Shown: positions 1 to 9,951 of the stretch, piece after piece
How the letters are laid out: each line of letters begins with the position of its first letter
How positions within the stretch are numbered: position 1 is the stretch's first letter
Source of the DNA: Nitrosopumilus sp.
GTDB taxonomy: Archaea > Thermoproteota > Nitrososphaeria > Nitrososphaerales > Nitrosopumilaceae
Length of the DNA: 64,000 nt
NCBI GenBank assembly: GCA_963662625.1
Contig: OY759726.1
Location: forward strand, 1,120,001-1,184,000
Direction of reading: 5' to 3'
Translations under genes and position numbers: made by a program
Notes under the pieces: generated by a model
What the model saw: the letters and a program-made list of their open reading frames with translations, nothing else
Database searches by the model: none
What the model was told of the DNA's origin: nothing

Positions 1-1004
1 AATACAAGCAGCTCTGCGGGAGGGCCGGCAGGCCTCAGTTCGACGACCACGGCCAGGCGATCATAGTGGGGGCCGGCAACGCCGGGGATCTGGAGGAGCG
101 ATACGTCATGGGCGAGCCCGAGCCCATCGAGTCCGGGATCACAGGCGACAGGTCCCTGCGGACGCACGTGCTGAGCGTCATCGTCACGCACCCCGGGATA
201 ACGAGGGATGGGCTGCTGGACTTTTTCCTGCAGACGCTGGGGGGGACGCAGTCCAGAAAGCCCGCCGTAAAGTTCGCCATGAACATATCGCTGCGGTTCC
301 TGTCGAGCCAGGGCATGGTAGTGAGCAGGGGTGACCGGTACGCCGCGACGGCGTTCGGGAAGAAGGCGTCCGTGCTCTACATCGATCCGCTGACCGCGAC
401 CTCCTTCCGGGACGCCGTGGCGGGCGCCTCCGAGGGGCGCAGCCACGCGTTCGGGTTCCTGCACCTCATATCGGAGTGCGAGGAGTTCTTCCCGCGGTTC
501 TCCATGAGGAACAGGGACTACGAGGCCGCCGGGATCCTGATCGAGAACCTGTCCCACGAGCTACTGTCGCCGATCTCCGAATACGACTGCTCCAGGAGCC
601 TGATCGCCCTGCATTACTGGATAACGGAGCGCTCGGAACTGTCCATGTCCGACGCGCTGGGGGTGGAGTCCGGGGACATGCACAGGATGGCGGAGACGGC
701 CGGCAGGCTGGCCTACTGCCTCCGGGAGATCGCAAAGCACGCGGGGAGGGCGGACCTCCTCGACGAGCTCGACTCGCTCCGGGCGCGCATCGCCTACGGC
801 ATCCGGGAGGACCTGCTGGACCTGGTGAGGGTCAAGGGCATAGGCCGCGTCAGGGCCAGGGCCCTGCACAGGAGCGGGATCAGGGACCTGGACGGCCTCG
901 CAAGGGCCACGGTGGAGAGGCTGGCGGGAACGGACAAGATCGGGCCGGCCATCGCAAAGAGCATAAAGTCAGAGCTGAGGAGGACGGGGACCTGGCCGAG
1001 CTGA
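1..1004 (+). CDS. hel308: Ski2-like DNA helicase Hel308 (5' end outside window)
   Basis: Frame open from position 3: YKQLCGRAGRPQFD (SF2 motif VI), winged-helix region, C-terminal HhH 'VKGIGRVRARAL'. Confidence 0.9.
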   Translation, partial: YKQLCGRAGRPQFDDHGQAIIVGAGNAGDLEERYVMGEPEPIESGITGDRSLRTHVLSVIVTHPGITRDGLLDFFLQTLGGTQSRKPAVKFAMNISLRFLSSQGMVVSRGDRYAATAFGKKASVLYIDPLTATSFRDAVAGASEGRSHAFGFLHLISECEEFFPRFSMRNRDYEAAGILIENLSHELLSPISEYDCSRSLIALHYWITERSELSMSDALGVESGDMHRMAETAGRLAYCLREIAKHAGRADLLDELDSLRARIAYGIREDLLDLVRVKGIGRVRARALHRSGIRDLDGLARATVERLAGTDKIGPAIAKSIKSELRRTGTWPS

Positions 1005-2020
1005 TGCTGCCGGGGCTAGCCTCATGCGCGGCCGCGTTCCTGGTGGTATACCTCTGCACGCCGCCCCTGATCGGGTACCTGCAGGGCCGGGGCCTCGTGG
1101 TGAGGGACGCGAACAAGCGGGGAAGGGTGATGGTGGCGAGGCCCGGCGGCATCTCGCTGATCCTGGGCCTGGTGTCCGCGGAAGCAGTCCTGTACGCGTT
1201 CCTGCAGTCTGGCGAGATCCTGGCAGTCATGGCCACCGGCACGCTCGCGTTCCTGGTGGGCTACGTGGACGACAGGAAGGGCGCGTACTCGGCCGGCCTG
1301 GGCCGGCTCCGGCGGCTGGCGATCAGGTGGCTCAAGCCGGCGGCGCTCGCGGCCGCCGCGCTGCCGATACTCCTCCTCGGCGCGCACGGCTCCGACCTCG
1401 AGTTCCCGCCGTTTGGCCGGGTGCACATCCCGGTGCTGTACGTGGGGGTGGTCGTCTTCATGGTGGTGGTGACGGGGAACACGGTAAACTCCATAGACGT
1501 GCTAAACGGGGTGGCCAGCGGGTTCATGGCCATCGCGGGGTTCTCCCTCGGCGCCTCCCTGTTCATCCTGCAGAACTACGAGATGGCCCTGGCAAGCCTG
1601 ACGCTCGGCTTTGCCTCCCTCGCGTTTTACAGGTACCACAAGCTCCCGAGCAGGGTATTCCCCGGGGACTCGGGGGCGCTTGCGCTGGGGGCCATGTACG
1701 GGGCGATAGCGATAGCCGGCCGGGTCGAGGTCGTCGCGGCGGTGGCCCTGCTTCCGGCCATACTGAACTCCTTCCTGTTCCTGTCAAGCGTCAAGCGCAT
1801 AGTGGAGCACCGGCAGATACGGGACAGGCCCGTGGAGCTCACCCCGGACATGAAGCTCAGGGCCACCGGCGCGGCGCGCGCGCCGGTCACCCTGGTCAGG
1901 CTGATCCTGGCCCCGGGGCCGATGACCGAGGGGCAGGTCGCAGGCGCGATACTCCGGCTGGCGGCCTTCTCGGGGGCGCTGGCGGTGGCCACGGCGGCGA
2001 TGATGGCGGTGTCGGCATGA
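1004..2020 (+). CDS. Glycosyltransferase family 4 (UDP-GlcNAc:dolichol-phosphate GlcNAc-1-P transferase, AglH/MraY-like)
   Basis: ATG overlaps Hel308 stop (TGATG); multi-TM; GYVDD, NTVNSIDVLNG, FPGDSG motifs. Confidence 0.88.
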   Translation: MLPGLASCAAAFLVVYLCTPPLIGYLQGRGLVVRDANKRGRVMVARPGGISLILGLVSAEAVLYAFLQSGEILAVMATGTLAFLVGYVDDRKGAYSAGLGRLRRLAIRWLKPAALAAAALPILLLGAHGSDLEFPPFGRVHIPVLYVGVVVFMVVVTGNTVNSIDVLNGVASGFMAIAGFSLGASLFILQNYEMALASLTLGFASLAFYRYHKLPSRVFPGDSGALALGAMYGAIAIAGRVEVVAAVALLPAILNSFLFLSSVKRIVEHRQIRDRPVELTPDMKLRATGAARAPVTLVRLILAPGPMTEGQVAGAILRLAAFSGALAVATAAMMAVSA

Positions 2021-2244
2021 TCGGGATCCTCTGCTTCCTGTCTGCGATGTGGGCGCTGCTCCTGGCAGGTGGGGCCGTGGCGGTCCTCGTGCTCGGCGCG
2101 TTCTCGGTCTCCGGGCACGGCGACCTCGACGCGGCCCTGACGTCGGCCGCAAAGGCCGCGACCGCGGCCCTGCTGGTTGCCGCGTGGGTGCTGGCCCTCT
2201 CCAAGGCAAAGAACTGGATGTTCCGAAGGGAGCTGCGGTCCTAG
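2017..2244 (+). CDS. Small two-TM membrane protein
   Basis: ATGA overlap with upstream gene; MIGILCFLS..., two hydrophobic helices, basic C-tail. Confidence 0.7.
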   Translation: MIGILCFLSAMWALLLAGGAVAVLVLGAFSVSGHGDLDAALTSAAKAATAALLVAAWVLALSKAKNWMFRRELRS

Positions 2245-2717
2245 GACCCGAGCCACCCCTTCTTCCTCGCCTCGTACTCTGCCCTCGAGTACCTCACGGT
2301 GGCCGGGATCCCGGCCACCACCGCGTCGTCGGGGACGTCCCTCGTCACCACGGCCCCCATCGCGACGACGCTGTTGCTCCCCACGGTGAGCCCCGCCCCT
2401 ATCACGGCGCGCGCCCCGATCACCGCGTTGTCCTTGACCGTGACCCCTGCCAGCCTGCTGCACATGGGGTAGGGGTCGTTTGTCAGCACCGCGGCCGGGC
2501 CTATGAAGACGTTGTCCCCTATGGTGCACAGGGGCGGGATGTACGCGTGCCCCTCGATCCTCGTGTTGCTGCCCACCCTGACGCCGTAATCGACGTGCGC
2601 GAGCGCCCCGATCACCGCGTTGTCGCCGATCACGGCGCCGTCCCCGACGTAGGCATAGTGCCAGACCTTCGCCCCCTTCCCGATCCTCGCGCTGCCGGAG
2701 ACGAAGCTGTCGACCAT
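2241..2717 (-). CDS. Hexapeptide-repeat N-acetyltransferase (WbpD-like, nucleotide-sugar)
   Basis: Left-handed beta-helix repeats IGDNAVIG/IGDNVFIG; TNDPYP; VVAGIPA. Confidence 0.85.
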   Translation of the reverse strand: MVDSFVSGSARIGKGAKVWHYAYVGDGAVIGDNAVIGALAHVDYGVRVGSNTRIEGHAYIPPLCTIGDNVFIGPAAVLTNDPYPMCSRLAGVTVKDNAVIGARAVIGAGLTVGSNSVVAMGAVVTRDVPDDAVVAGIPATVRYSRAEYEARKKGWLGS

Positions 2718-2723
2718 GGGGGA

Positions 2724-2993
2724 TCACAGGTGCCACGGGCTTGCCGCCGAGACTATCTTGCCTGGCAGCGCGTCCCTGTTTCTCTTGAGGAACCCCTCCT
2801 CCATCTCCCTGTCGCGGAGCTCGTCGGGCAGCATTATCGGGATCTCCTCGATTATGGGGTAGAACCTGGAGCATTTCGCGCAGTACAGCGCCCCCTCGGA
2901 GACTACGTCCCGCGCCTCGCTGACCGCGAACAGCTCGAGCGGGTAGCTCTTGTCTATCGGACACGCCAGGATGTCCAGCATCGACCTCTTCAT
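2724..2993 (-). CDS. Trm112 family methyltransferase activator
   Basis: LDILACPIDK...LYCAKCSRFYPIIEEIPIMLPDE. Confidence 0.88.
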   Translation of the reverse strand: MKRSMLDILACPIDKSYPLELFAVSEARDVVSEGALYCAKCSRFYPIIEEIPIMLPDELRDREMEEGFLKRNRDALPGKIVSAASPWHL

Positions 2994-3922
2994 TTCAACT
3001 CCAGATATATCGGGACGCCCTTCCGGCTAGATAAAACTGCCGCCTCCGCAATCCTCGTGACGTTCACGGCCTCCTGGGGCTTTACGACCGGGTCGTTGTC
3101 GCCCCTGGCGGCGCCCAGGAAGCTCTCTATCTCCAGGCGCAGGGGCTCCTGCCCGCCGCCCGACAGGGTCTCTGTCCCGTCCTTGCCCTCCACCACGACC
3201 TCCTGCGAGATAAAGTCCGACGTGATGACCGCGCCGGTGCACACGGCGCTGAACGTCCTGACCCTCCTCGGCGTGATCCAGCTGGAGGAGATCACCGCAG
3301 TCTTCCCGTCCCCGTACCCCAGCATGATGCTGGCAAAGTCGTGGTGCTCGCGGTTGACGCTGCCGGCCATCGCAAAGACCACGGACGGCGTCCCGCCAAA
3401 CAGCCAGTTGGCCGCGTCGATGTCGTGCACCGCGGTGTCGTGGATGATGCTCACGTCGCTGCGCGGCGGCACGGCGTTCTCCCTGTGGAACTCCAGCGCG
3501 ACCAGGTCGCCGTCCGCGCCCCGGTCCAGGCGTGACTTTACCATCCCCACGGCGGGGTTGAACCTCTCTATGTACCCGCAGGTCAGGACCGCCCCGCTCC
3601 CCTCTGCGAGCCCGACCAGCCTCTGGGCCTTGTCCGACCTGCGGCTGATGGGCTTTTCCACGAAGACGTGCTTTTTCGCCTCCAGCAGCCTCGCCGCTAT
3701 GTCAAAGTGCGTCCCCATGTGCGTCGCGACGAGGGCCGCGTCAAACTCCTCCGCGCCGATCAGTTCCTCCACCGAGCCGTAGTGGTTCACCGAGTACATG
3801 CTCCCGAACCCGGCGCCCCTCTCCTCGTCGGCGTCGCACACGGCGCACAGGACGCCCATCTCCGAGAGGATGCGCGCGTGGTTCTTGCCCCAGCTGCCGG
3901 CCCCCACAAGCGCGACCCTCAT
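2990..3922 (-). CDS. Gfo/Idh/MocA family oxidoreductase (WbpB-like)
   Basis: GAGSWG Rossmann motif, VEKP, ERFNP, DTAVHDID. Confidence 0.88.
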   Translation of the reverse strand: MRVALVGAGSWGKNHARILSEMGVLCAVCDADEERGAGFGSMYSVNHYGSVEELIGAEEFDAALVATHMGTHFDIAARLLEAKKHVFVEKPISRRSDKAQRLVGLAEGSGAVLTCGYIERFNPAVGMVKSRLDRGADGDLVALEFHRENAVPPRSDVSIIHDTAVHDIDAANWLFGGTPSVVFAMAGSVNREHHDFASIMLGYGDGKTAVISSSWITPRRVRTFSAVCTGAVITSDFISQEVVVEGKDGTETLSGGGQEPLRLEIESFLGAARGDNDPVVKPQEAVNVTRIAEAAVLSSRKGVPIYLELK

Positions 3923-4840
3923 CTAGTACACCGCCGTGAGCCAGTGGGAATAGTCCCGGTTCCTCCCGGTGACGGCGTCCCGGTACCCAGACATCATGCC
4001 CCTGGTGACGCCCCCCGGCTTCCCGTCGCCCACGGCCTCCCCGTCAACCGACGTCACCGGGGTGATCTCGGCGGCCGTCCCGGTCAGGAACACCTCGTCG
4101 GCCAGCGCGAGCTCGCTGCGCGGGATCCCCCTCTCCGCCACGCCGATGCCCGCGTCCCCGGCGATCCTGATCACCGTGTCGCGCGTGATCCCCTCGAGGG
4201 CGGAGGACGAGAGCGGCGGCGTCACGAGCTGGCCGTCCCTCACGATGAATATGTTCTCCCCGGGGGCCTCGCTGACGTCGCCCCTGTGGTCCAGCATGAT
4301 CGCCTCGTCGTGCCCCCCGCCCCTCGCCTCCCGCGTCGCCATGATTGAGTTGAGGTAGTTCCCGCCCATCTTTGCCTGGGCCGGCGTCGACGCGTCGGAG
4401 AACTTCCTCCAGGACACGACGCCCGCGGAGATCCCGTTCTTGTCAAACAGGTCGCCGAACGGAAACATGCACACCGCGGCGTGCGTGGGGGCCCTGCCCG
4501 TGACGTGCAGGTTGATGCCATAGTCCCCTATGAAGTAAAACGGCCGGATGTAGCATGACTTCTTCACCCCGTTCTTCCTGCAGAGCCCGGTTATGGCGTC
4601 GTTTATCTGGCCGTCGGAGAAGTCCAGCCGCATCCCGTAGAACCTGCCGGACCTCCTGAACCTCCTGGTGTGGTCGGCCAGCCTGAAAACGAGCAGGTTG
4701 CCCCCGCTCCAGTACGCCCTCACGCCCTCGAACACCGACGTCCCGTAGTGTATCGCGTGAGTCATGATCGGGACCCTTGCCTTCTCTGCCAGGACGTAGC
4801 GGCCGTCAAACCACACGTACCTCGATAGGGCTGGCTTCAC
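3923..4840 (-). CDS. ilvE: Branched-chain amino acid aminotransferase
   Basis: HYGTSVFEG, YIRP, AKMGGNY (PLP Lys), EAPGENIF, LEGITR, GTAAEITPV. Confidence 0.93.
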   Translation of the reverse strand: MKPALSRYVWFDGRYVLAEKARVPIMTHAIHYGTSVFEGVRAYWSGGNLLVFRLADHTRRFRRSGRFYGMRLDFSDGQINDAITGLCRKNGVKKSCYIRPFYFIGDYGINLHVTGRAPTHAAVCMFPFGDLFDKNGISAGVVSWRKFSDASTPAQAKMGGNYLNSIMATREARGGGHDEAIMLDHRGDVSEAPGENIFIVRDGQLVTPPLSSSALEGITRDTVIRIAGDAGIGVAERGIPRSELALADEVFLTGTAAEITPVTSVDGEAVGDGKPGGVTRGMMSGYRDAVTGRNRDYSHWLTAVY

Positions 4841-4869
4841 AGGGAAGAGCCCGCGGGTTCGGTATTAAT

Positions 4870-5496
4870 TCATTTGGCCCATCCGTCTTTCGGGAACTTC
4901 ATCCCGGCCACCCTGGCGGTCGCGTCCTCCATGGCGGCGAACCTCTCGACCGTGCCCCACTCCTCCTCGATCACGCCGGCCACGCTTCCCGGCACGTCGG
5001 CCCTCCAGTCGGATCCGCCTCCCAGCGCGGCGCCGTACATCTTTTCCTTCACCGACGCCGCAGAGAGCGGCCTCCTCCTTCCCACCCTGGGCCTCAGCCT
5101 GTAGATCCTCAGCACGTATCCCTCCGCCCTGTCGCCGGTATACGAGAAAAAGTCGCCCTCCACCCCCCTGAGCACCCGCCGCCGCAGCTCCCACGACTTG
5201 GGCGCGAGCAGGGGCGGCACGTACCTTTTGAACGGGGCGAAGAACGCATAGTCGTCCGTGACCGTGACCGTGTCCGCAAAGACGGACTCCAGCATCCTCT
5301 TCCTTGACTCGAAGCTGAACGGGAAACTCCGGCTGTTGATCTCGGCTGGCCCCGACCTGAAGACCACAGGCATGACCTTTACGGCGTCCGCCATGCCCTT
5401 CAGCTCCTCGACTATCTCCACGTGGGCGTTGGTCACCGGGTTTAGGTGTGCGAGGTACAGCGCGGTAGTCAACCACGGTGGCTTGGATCGCGCCAT
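4870..5496 (-). CDS. HIGH-superfamily nucleotidyltransferase (cytidylyltransferase/NMN adenylyltransferase-like)
   Basis: HLNPVTNAH (TxxH), PFSFESRKRM, SAASVK, W..DVP. Confidence 0.72.
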   Translation of the reverse strand: MARSKPPWLTTALYLAHLNPVTNAHVEIVEELKGMADAVKVMPVVFRSGPAEINSRSFPFSFESRKRMLESVFADTVTVTDDYAFFAPFKRYVPPLLAPKSWELRRRVLRGVEGDFFSYTGDRAEGYVLRIYRLRPRVGRRRPLSAASVKEKMYGAALGGGSDWRADVPGSVAGVIEEEWGTVERFAAMEDATARVAGMKFPKDGWAK

Positions 5497-5536
5497 ATTT
5501 CAATGGTTGACATCCGGGGCGCGCCGCCGGCGGTTC

Positions 5537-6382
5537 CTACCCGTACGACTCGTACTTTACCTCAAAGCTCCCGTCTTCGCGCTTTTCGTGCTCCGTGACA
5601 AAGCCCCTGGGCTTTAAAAAGTCCATCACGCCGTCGATGGTCCCCTGCCAGCCGCACACGTAAAAGATCGTGTTCTCCTTGGTGATCTTCTCGCCCACGA
5701 GCTCCTCCAGCGGGGACATCCCGCCGTCCCTCTGCCTGAGGAAGGTCTCCACCCTCCCCACCTGGCCCGACCACGTCCTGTTGAACCACTCCTGGGGCCT
5801 GCTGATCGAGGCCCTGTACTTGAAGTTCCATTCCCCCCTGCCCCCTGCCAGGCTCTCGTCTTCAAGGTCCGTGAGGAGCTCCTTGTAGCTCAGCTCGTCG
5901 ACGTAGCTTGCCCCGTGCAGGACGACGATCTCCCTCCTGTCCCCCGTGGCGTGCAGGTGCTGCGCGAAGCTCACAAACGGCGCCAGCCCCGTCCCGCCTC
6001 CTATGCAGACTATCCTCCGGGTGTCCTTCTCGCCGTTGGGCATCTCGTCGTTTATCAGCAGCGCCCTGCCGGTGGGCTTGAGCCAGAGGATCTCGTCGCC
6101 CTCCTTTGCGTTGAAGATCTGCGTCGTCAGCCTGCCGGGCAGCGGCTTCTTGACCCACCTGATCACGAATTCCATGAACCCCTTGTTCTCGGGATGCGAC
6201 GCGAGGGAATACGCCCTGCGGACTATCTTCCCCCCCTCGCTCGGGTTTGGGAGGCCCAGAGTCAGGAACTGCCCCGCCTTGTAGTCCGGGATCTCGCCTT
6301 CCTTGGGAACTATCCTGATTATCACCAGATCCTCCTTCAGCAGCTGCACGTAAGTGACGGTCGCCTTGTTGTCCACTACCAT
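5537..6382 (-). CDS. Ferredoxin--NADP+ reductase (paralog 1)
   Basis: RRAYSLAS FAD motif, GGGTGLAPF, YVCGW, C-terminal ESYG. Confidence 0.88.
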   Translation of the reverse strand: MVVDNKATVTYVQLLKEDLVIIRIVPKEGEIPDYKAGQFLTLGLPNPSEGGKIVRRAYSLASHPENKGFMEFVIRWVKKPLPGRLTTQIFNAKEGDEILWLKPTGRALLINDEMPNGEKDTRRIVCIGGGTGLAPFVSFAQHLHATGDRREIVVLHGASYVDELSYKELLTDLEDESLAGGRGEWNFKYRASISRPQEWFNRTWSGQVGRVETFLRQRDGGMSPLEELVGEKITKENTIFYVCGWQGTIDGVMDFLKPRGFVTEHEKREDGSFEVKYESYG

Positions 6383-6602
6383 AACTATTCAACCATCACG
6401 AATATGGTTAAATGTTTTGTGTTAATAAGCCGTGTACGAGATGCAATGCGGCGGGGGAAATGGCGCGGACCTGCAGGCGGTCCCGCGGCGCGGAAAAAAG
6501 CGCGCGGCGGATCCGCGGGGTGCCCGGGACGGCACGGGGCGGCGGCCCGGAGGATCCCCTACCTCAAGGCGGCGCGCGGCCTCTCGGCTTGCAGTGTGCG
6601 GG

Positions 6603-6679
6603 TGGTGGACCGGAAGGGATTTGAACCCTTGATCCGATGCATGCCATGCACCTATCCTACCAGGCTAGACGACCGGCCC
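6603..6679 (-). tRNA. tRNA-Ala(GGC), CCA encoded
   Basis: GGGCCGG/CCGGTCC acceptor with G3:U70, anticodon arm GGTGC-ATGGCAT-GCATC, TTCAAAT T-loop, ACCA end. Confidence 0.93.
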
Positions 6680-6836
6680 AAGACTCAAAAACTTGTTGAC
6701 TTAGGTCTCCCCAAAATGGTTATTAACGTTTAGTATTCCGCGCCGTTCCGCCAGCGCCGGGCTCCCGGGGCCTTCCGCGCCGTTCCGCCCGCGCCACGCG
6801 CAAATCCTTAATTGCCCAGCGGGGCAACATGCGTCG

Positions 6837-8453
6837 TTGAAGGAGTGGGTTGTCGTCCTGGCCCTGGCGGTGTCCGTGCCTGCCGCGTTCGCGGCGGAGT
6901 ACCCGGACCTGGGGGTGAGGGTGGACACGGTGGCGGAAGGCCTGGACGTGCCCTGGTCTGTCGCGTGGACCCCGGACGGGTCGATGCTGTTTACCGAAAG
7001 GGCGGGGCAGCTGAGGGTCGTGCAGGACGGGGTGCTGCAGGACGAGCCGGTGCTGTCACTGGACGTGGGGGACGTCGAGGGCGGGCTCCTGGGGGTGGCA
7101 GTCGATCCGGGCTACCAGGAAAACAACTACATCTACCTGTATTACACGGACGCCGGGTTTTTGCAGCTTGAAAACCGGCTGGTCCGGTACGTCTACGACG
7201 GCTCGCAGATCCGCGAGGACGGGACAGTCGTGGACGGGATTCCTGGGGGGCCGTACCACGACGGCGGCCGGATAAAGTTCGGCCCCGACGGCAAGCTCTA
7301 CGTGACGACGGGGGACGCCGGCCTGCCGGACCTGTCGCAGGACCCGGGTTCCCTCGGGGGGAAGATTCTCCGGGTCAACCCCGACGGGACGATACCGCGG
7401 GACAACCCGTTTGGGGACTCGCCGGTCTATTCGCTGGGCCACAGGAACCCGCAGGGGCTTGACTGGGACGCGTCGGGAAACCTGGTGATCACCGAGCACG
7501 GCCCGTCGGGATGGCAGGGGACGGGCCGAGACGAAATCAACCTGGTGACCCCCGGCTCCAACTACGGGTGGCCGGAGGTGTCCGGGGACGGCGCGCGGGA
7601 GGGGATGACCGGCCCGATCCTGCACACGGGGGACGAGGTATGGGCGCCGTCGGGCGCCGCGTTTTACGACTCCGACGCAATCCCGCAGTGGACCGGAAAA
7701 TACTTCGTGGCTGCCCTCCGCGGAAGCCACCTGCACATGGTCGAGTTTGACCTGGAGAACAACGCGGTGCTTTCCGACCAGCGGCTCTTCGAGGGGGATT
7801 TCGGAAGGCTGCGGGACGTCGCGGTGGGGCCTGACGGCAGCCTGTACGTTCTTACCAGCAATCGGGACGGCAGGGGGAACCCGCAGGCCAACGACGACAG
7901 GATACTGAAGATCTCCCCGGCATCCCGGGCCGCGAGCTTCGCCGAATGCGTCGCGGCCGGCAACCCCGTGATGGAGTCGTACCCGAGGCAGTGCGCCACG
8001 CCCGACGGGCTGTGGTTCGTGGAGGACGTCGGGGCCGAGACGTGCAAGGGGGTGTCCGGGGACGACCCCGTCTTCATAACGACGGGCATGGGCAGCTACG
8101 GCGTCGGCGACGTCCTGTCGGTAGGCGGGTGCGTGGACACGAACGCCGTGCAGTCGGGCGAAATCAACCTGGTAGTCCTGGGCCCGGCGGGGCAGGTGGT
8201 GGCGGCGTGGCCCGTGCCAGTGGGGGCAGACGGGACTTTCGCAGGCGAGCTGGCCCTCGACGGGGAGGCGTTCCCGGTAAACGGGACGTACTCGGTAGTG
8301 GGCGAGATAGACGGGCGGCAGTACGCGACGACGGCGTTCACGGTGCCGGAGTTCGGCGCGGTGGCGCTACTGGCGCTTGGCGCGGGGCTGGTGGCCGTCA
8401 TGGCGTTCCGGGTGCGGCCGTATCGGAAGGCCGGCCCTGCAGGCAGCGCGTGA
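6837..8453 (+). CDS. Secreted PQQ-dependent sugar dehydrogenase (GSDH family) with PEFG-CTERM anchor
   Basis: Signal peptide; HDGGRIKFGPDGKLYVTTGD, GHRNPQG, GRLRDV; C-terminal VPEFG + TM + basic tail. Confidence 0.88.
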   Translation: MKEWVVVLALAVSVPAAFAAEYPDLGVRVDTVAEGLDVPWSVAWTPDGSMLFTERAGQLRVVQDGVLQDEPVLSLDVGDVEGGLLGVAVDPGYQENNYIYLYYTDAGFLQLENRLVRYVYDGSQIREDGTVVDGIPGGPYHDGGRIKFGPDGKLYVTTGDAGLPDLSQDPGSLGGKILRVNPDGTIPRDNPFGDSPVYSLGHRNPQGLDWDASGNLVITEHGPSGWQGTGRDEINLVTPGSNYGWPEVSGDGAREGMTGPILHTGDEVWAPSGAAFYDSDAIPQWTGKYFVAALRGSHLHMVEFDLENNAVLSDQRLFEGDFGRLRDVAVGPDGSLYVLTSNRDGRGNPQANDDRILKISPASRAASFAECVAAGNPVMESYPRQCATPDGLWFVEDVGAETCKGVSGDDPVFITTGMGSYGVGDVLSVGGCVDTNAVQSGEINLVVLGPAGQVVAAWPVPVGADGTFAGELALDGEAFPVNGTYSVVGEIDGRQYATTAFTVPEFGAVALLALGAGLVAVMAFRVRPYRKAGPAGSA

Positions 8454-8504
8454 TCCGGGCCGCGCTTCAGGCTAAGGCCGCGCCGGGACCCGGGGGAGCG
8501 GGGG

Positions 8505-8622
8505 CCCGCGCCTTCCGTCCCGCGCCTTCCGTCCCGCGCCTTCCGTCCCGCGCCTTCCGTCCCGCGCCTTCCGTCCCGCGCCTTCCGTCCCGCGCCTTCC
8601 GTCCCGCGCCTTCCGTCCCGCG
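8505..8622. repeat. Perfect 14-nt tandem repeat (CCTTCCGTCCCGCG)x8 plus a partial unit
   Basis: Units start at 8511, 8525, 8539, 8553, 8567, 8581, 8595, 8609. Confidence 0.97.
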
Positions 8623-8667
8623 CAACAGAAATGCCTAAATCCGCAGGCACGTGCTCAGTAGTTACTC

Positions 8668-9951
8668 ATGGATCTGCCGCGCGGAATGAAGGACATGGAT
8701 GGGGAGGAATACTCCGGCATAGAGCACATACGGCGGCACTTCAGGCGGCTGTCCGGCCTGTACGGGTTCTCGTTCATGGATCCGTCGCCGATAGAGCTCC
8801 TGTCCGTACTGGAAACAAAGTCCGGCCCGGGGATACGGGACGAGGTGTACCATTTCAGGGACAAGGGGGGAAGGGACGTCGCGCTGCGCTTTGACTTCAC
8901 GGTGGGCCTGACGAGGCACGTGGCCTCGCAAAAGTCGATGCGGCTTCCCTCCAAGATCTCCGCGTTCGGCGGCGTGTTCAGGTACGACGAGCCGCAAAAG
9001 GGCAGGTACCGGCACTTCCACCAGTGGGACGTCGAGATATACGGCAGGCCCACCCTGGAGTCTGAGGCCGAGGTGATAGAGTTCACGTCCAGGCTGTTTG
9101 ACTCCCTCCTCCTCAAGGGCATCACGATCGACGTCAGCCACAGGGGCCTGGTAGAGTCCTACATCCGCGGGGTCTTCGCCGGCGCCGACGGGCGGGCGGT
9201 CGCCGACATCCTGCGCGCGGTGGACAAAACCCAGAAGAAGGCGCGGCAGGAGATCGTCGACGAGTTCAAGGACAGGTATGATCCGGACAAGCTCGGGAAG
9301 ATACTGGACTTTTCAGAGGTCAGGGGCACGGTCAGCCAGGTGGAGCGGTCCGTCGACACGTCGCGGCTGGAATGCTGGGACCACCTGAAGCGGCTGGTCG
9401 GCTCGCTGGAGAACCGCGGCGTGACCAACGTCAGGATCAACTTCGGGATAGTGCGCGGGCTGGACTACTACTCCGGGACGGTCTTCGAGGTGTTCGACAC
9501 GAACTCCACGCTCGGCGCGCTCGCGGGCGGGGGGCGGTACGACTCCCTGACGCGGGCGTTCGGAAGGGAGGACATCGGCGCGACCGGGGTCGCGGGCGGG
9601 GTAGAGCGGATCATCCTCACGATGCAGGAGCAGAACGTCGAGCCCCAGGCCCGGCAGGACAGGGTGGCCGTGCTGTACGTCAACGACGAAATGCGCAAGG
9701 TGGCGCTCTCCATCGCGTCCATGCTGCGCCTGAACGGCATCCCCGCCGACGTCGACATCAGCGGCAGGAGGTTCCACAAGCAGATGGAGCAGGCGGGCGG
9801 ATCGAGGCTCTGCATAATAGTCGGGCCCCAAGAGATGGAGGAGGGCAACGTGGTCCTGAAAGACATGAGGGGCGGGACCGAGGGGACGGTGCCGCTTGAA
9901 AAGCTCACGGACGACCCGGGATCCGTCCTTAATTTAGGAAGGCCCGGGTGA
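8668..9951 (+). CDS. hisS: Histidine--tRNA ligase
   Basis: LRFDFTV, FRYDEPQKGRYRHF, VRGLDYYSG, GGGRYD. Confidence 0.96.
   Translation: MDLPRGMKDMDGEEYSGIEHIRRHFRRLSGLYGFSFMDPSPIELLSVLETKSGPGIRDEVYHFRDKGGRDVALRFDFTVGLTRHVASQKSMRLPSKISAFGGVFRYDEPQKGRYRHFHQWDVEIYGRPTLESEAEVIEFTSRLFDSLLLKGITIDVSHRGLVESYIRGVFAGADGRAVADILRAVDKTQKKARQEIVDEFKDRYDPDKLGKILDFSEVRGTVSQVERSVDTSRLECWDHLKRLVGSLENRGVTNVRINFGIVRGLDYYSGTVFEVFDTNSTLGALAGGGRYDSLTRAFGREDIGATGVAGGVERIILTMQEQNVEPQARQDRVAVLYVNDEMRKVALSIASMLRLNGIPADVDISGRRFHKQMEQAGGSRLCIIVGPQEMEEGNVVLKDMRGGTEGTVPLEKLTDDPGSVLNLGRPG

Noticed and set aside
8505-8622. Possible CRISPR array
   Set aside because: Contiguous 14-nt units with no spacers; it is a tandem repeat
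9929-9951. Convergent 3' overlaps (hisS/aIF6; also nuoN/prenyl synthase at 58468-58478)
   Set aside because: Common in compact thaumarchaeal genomes
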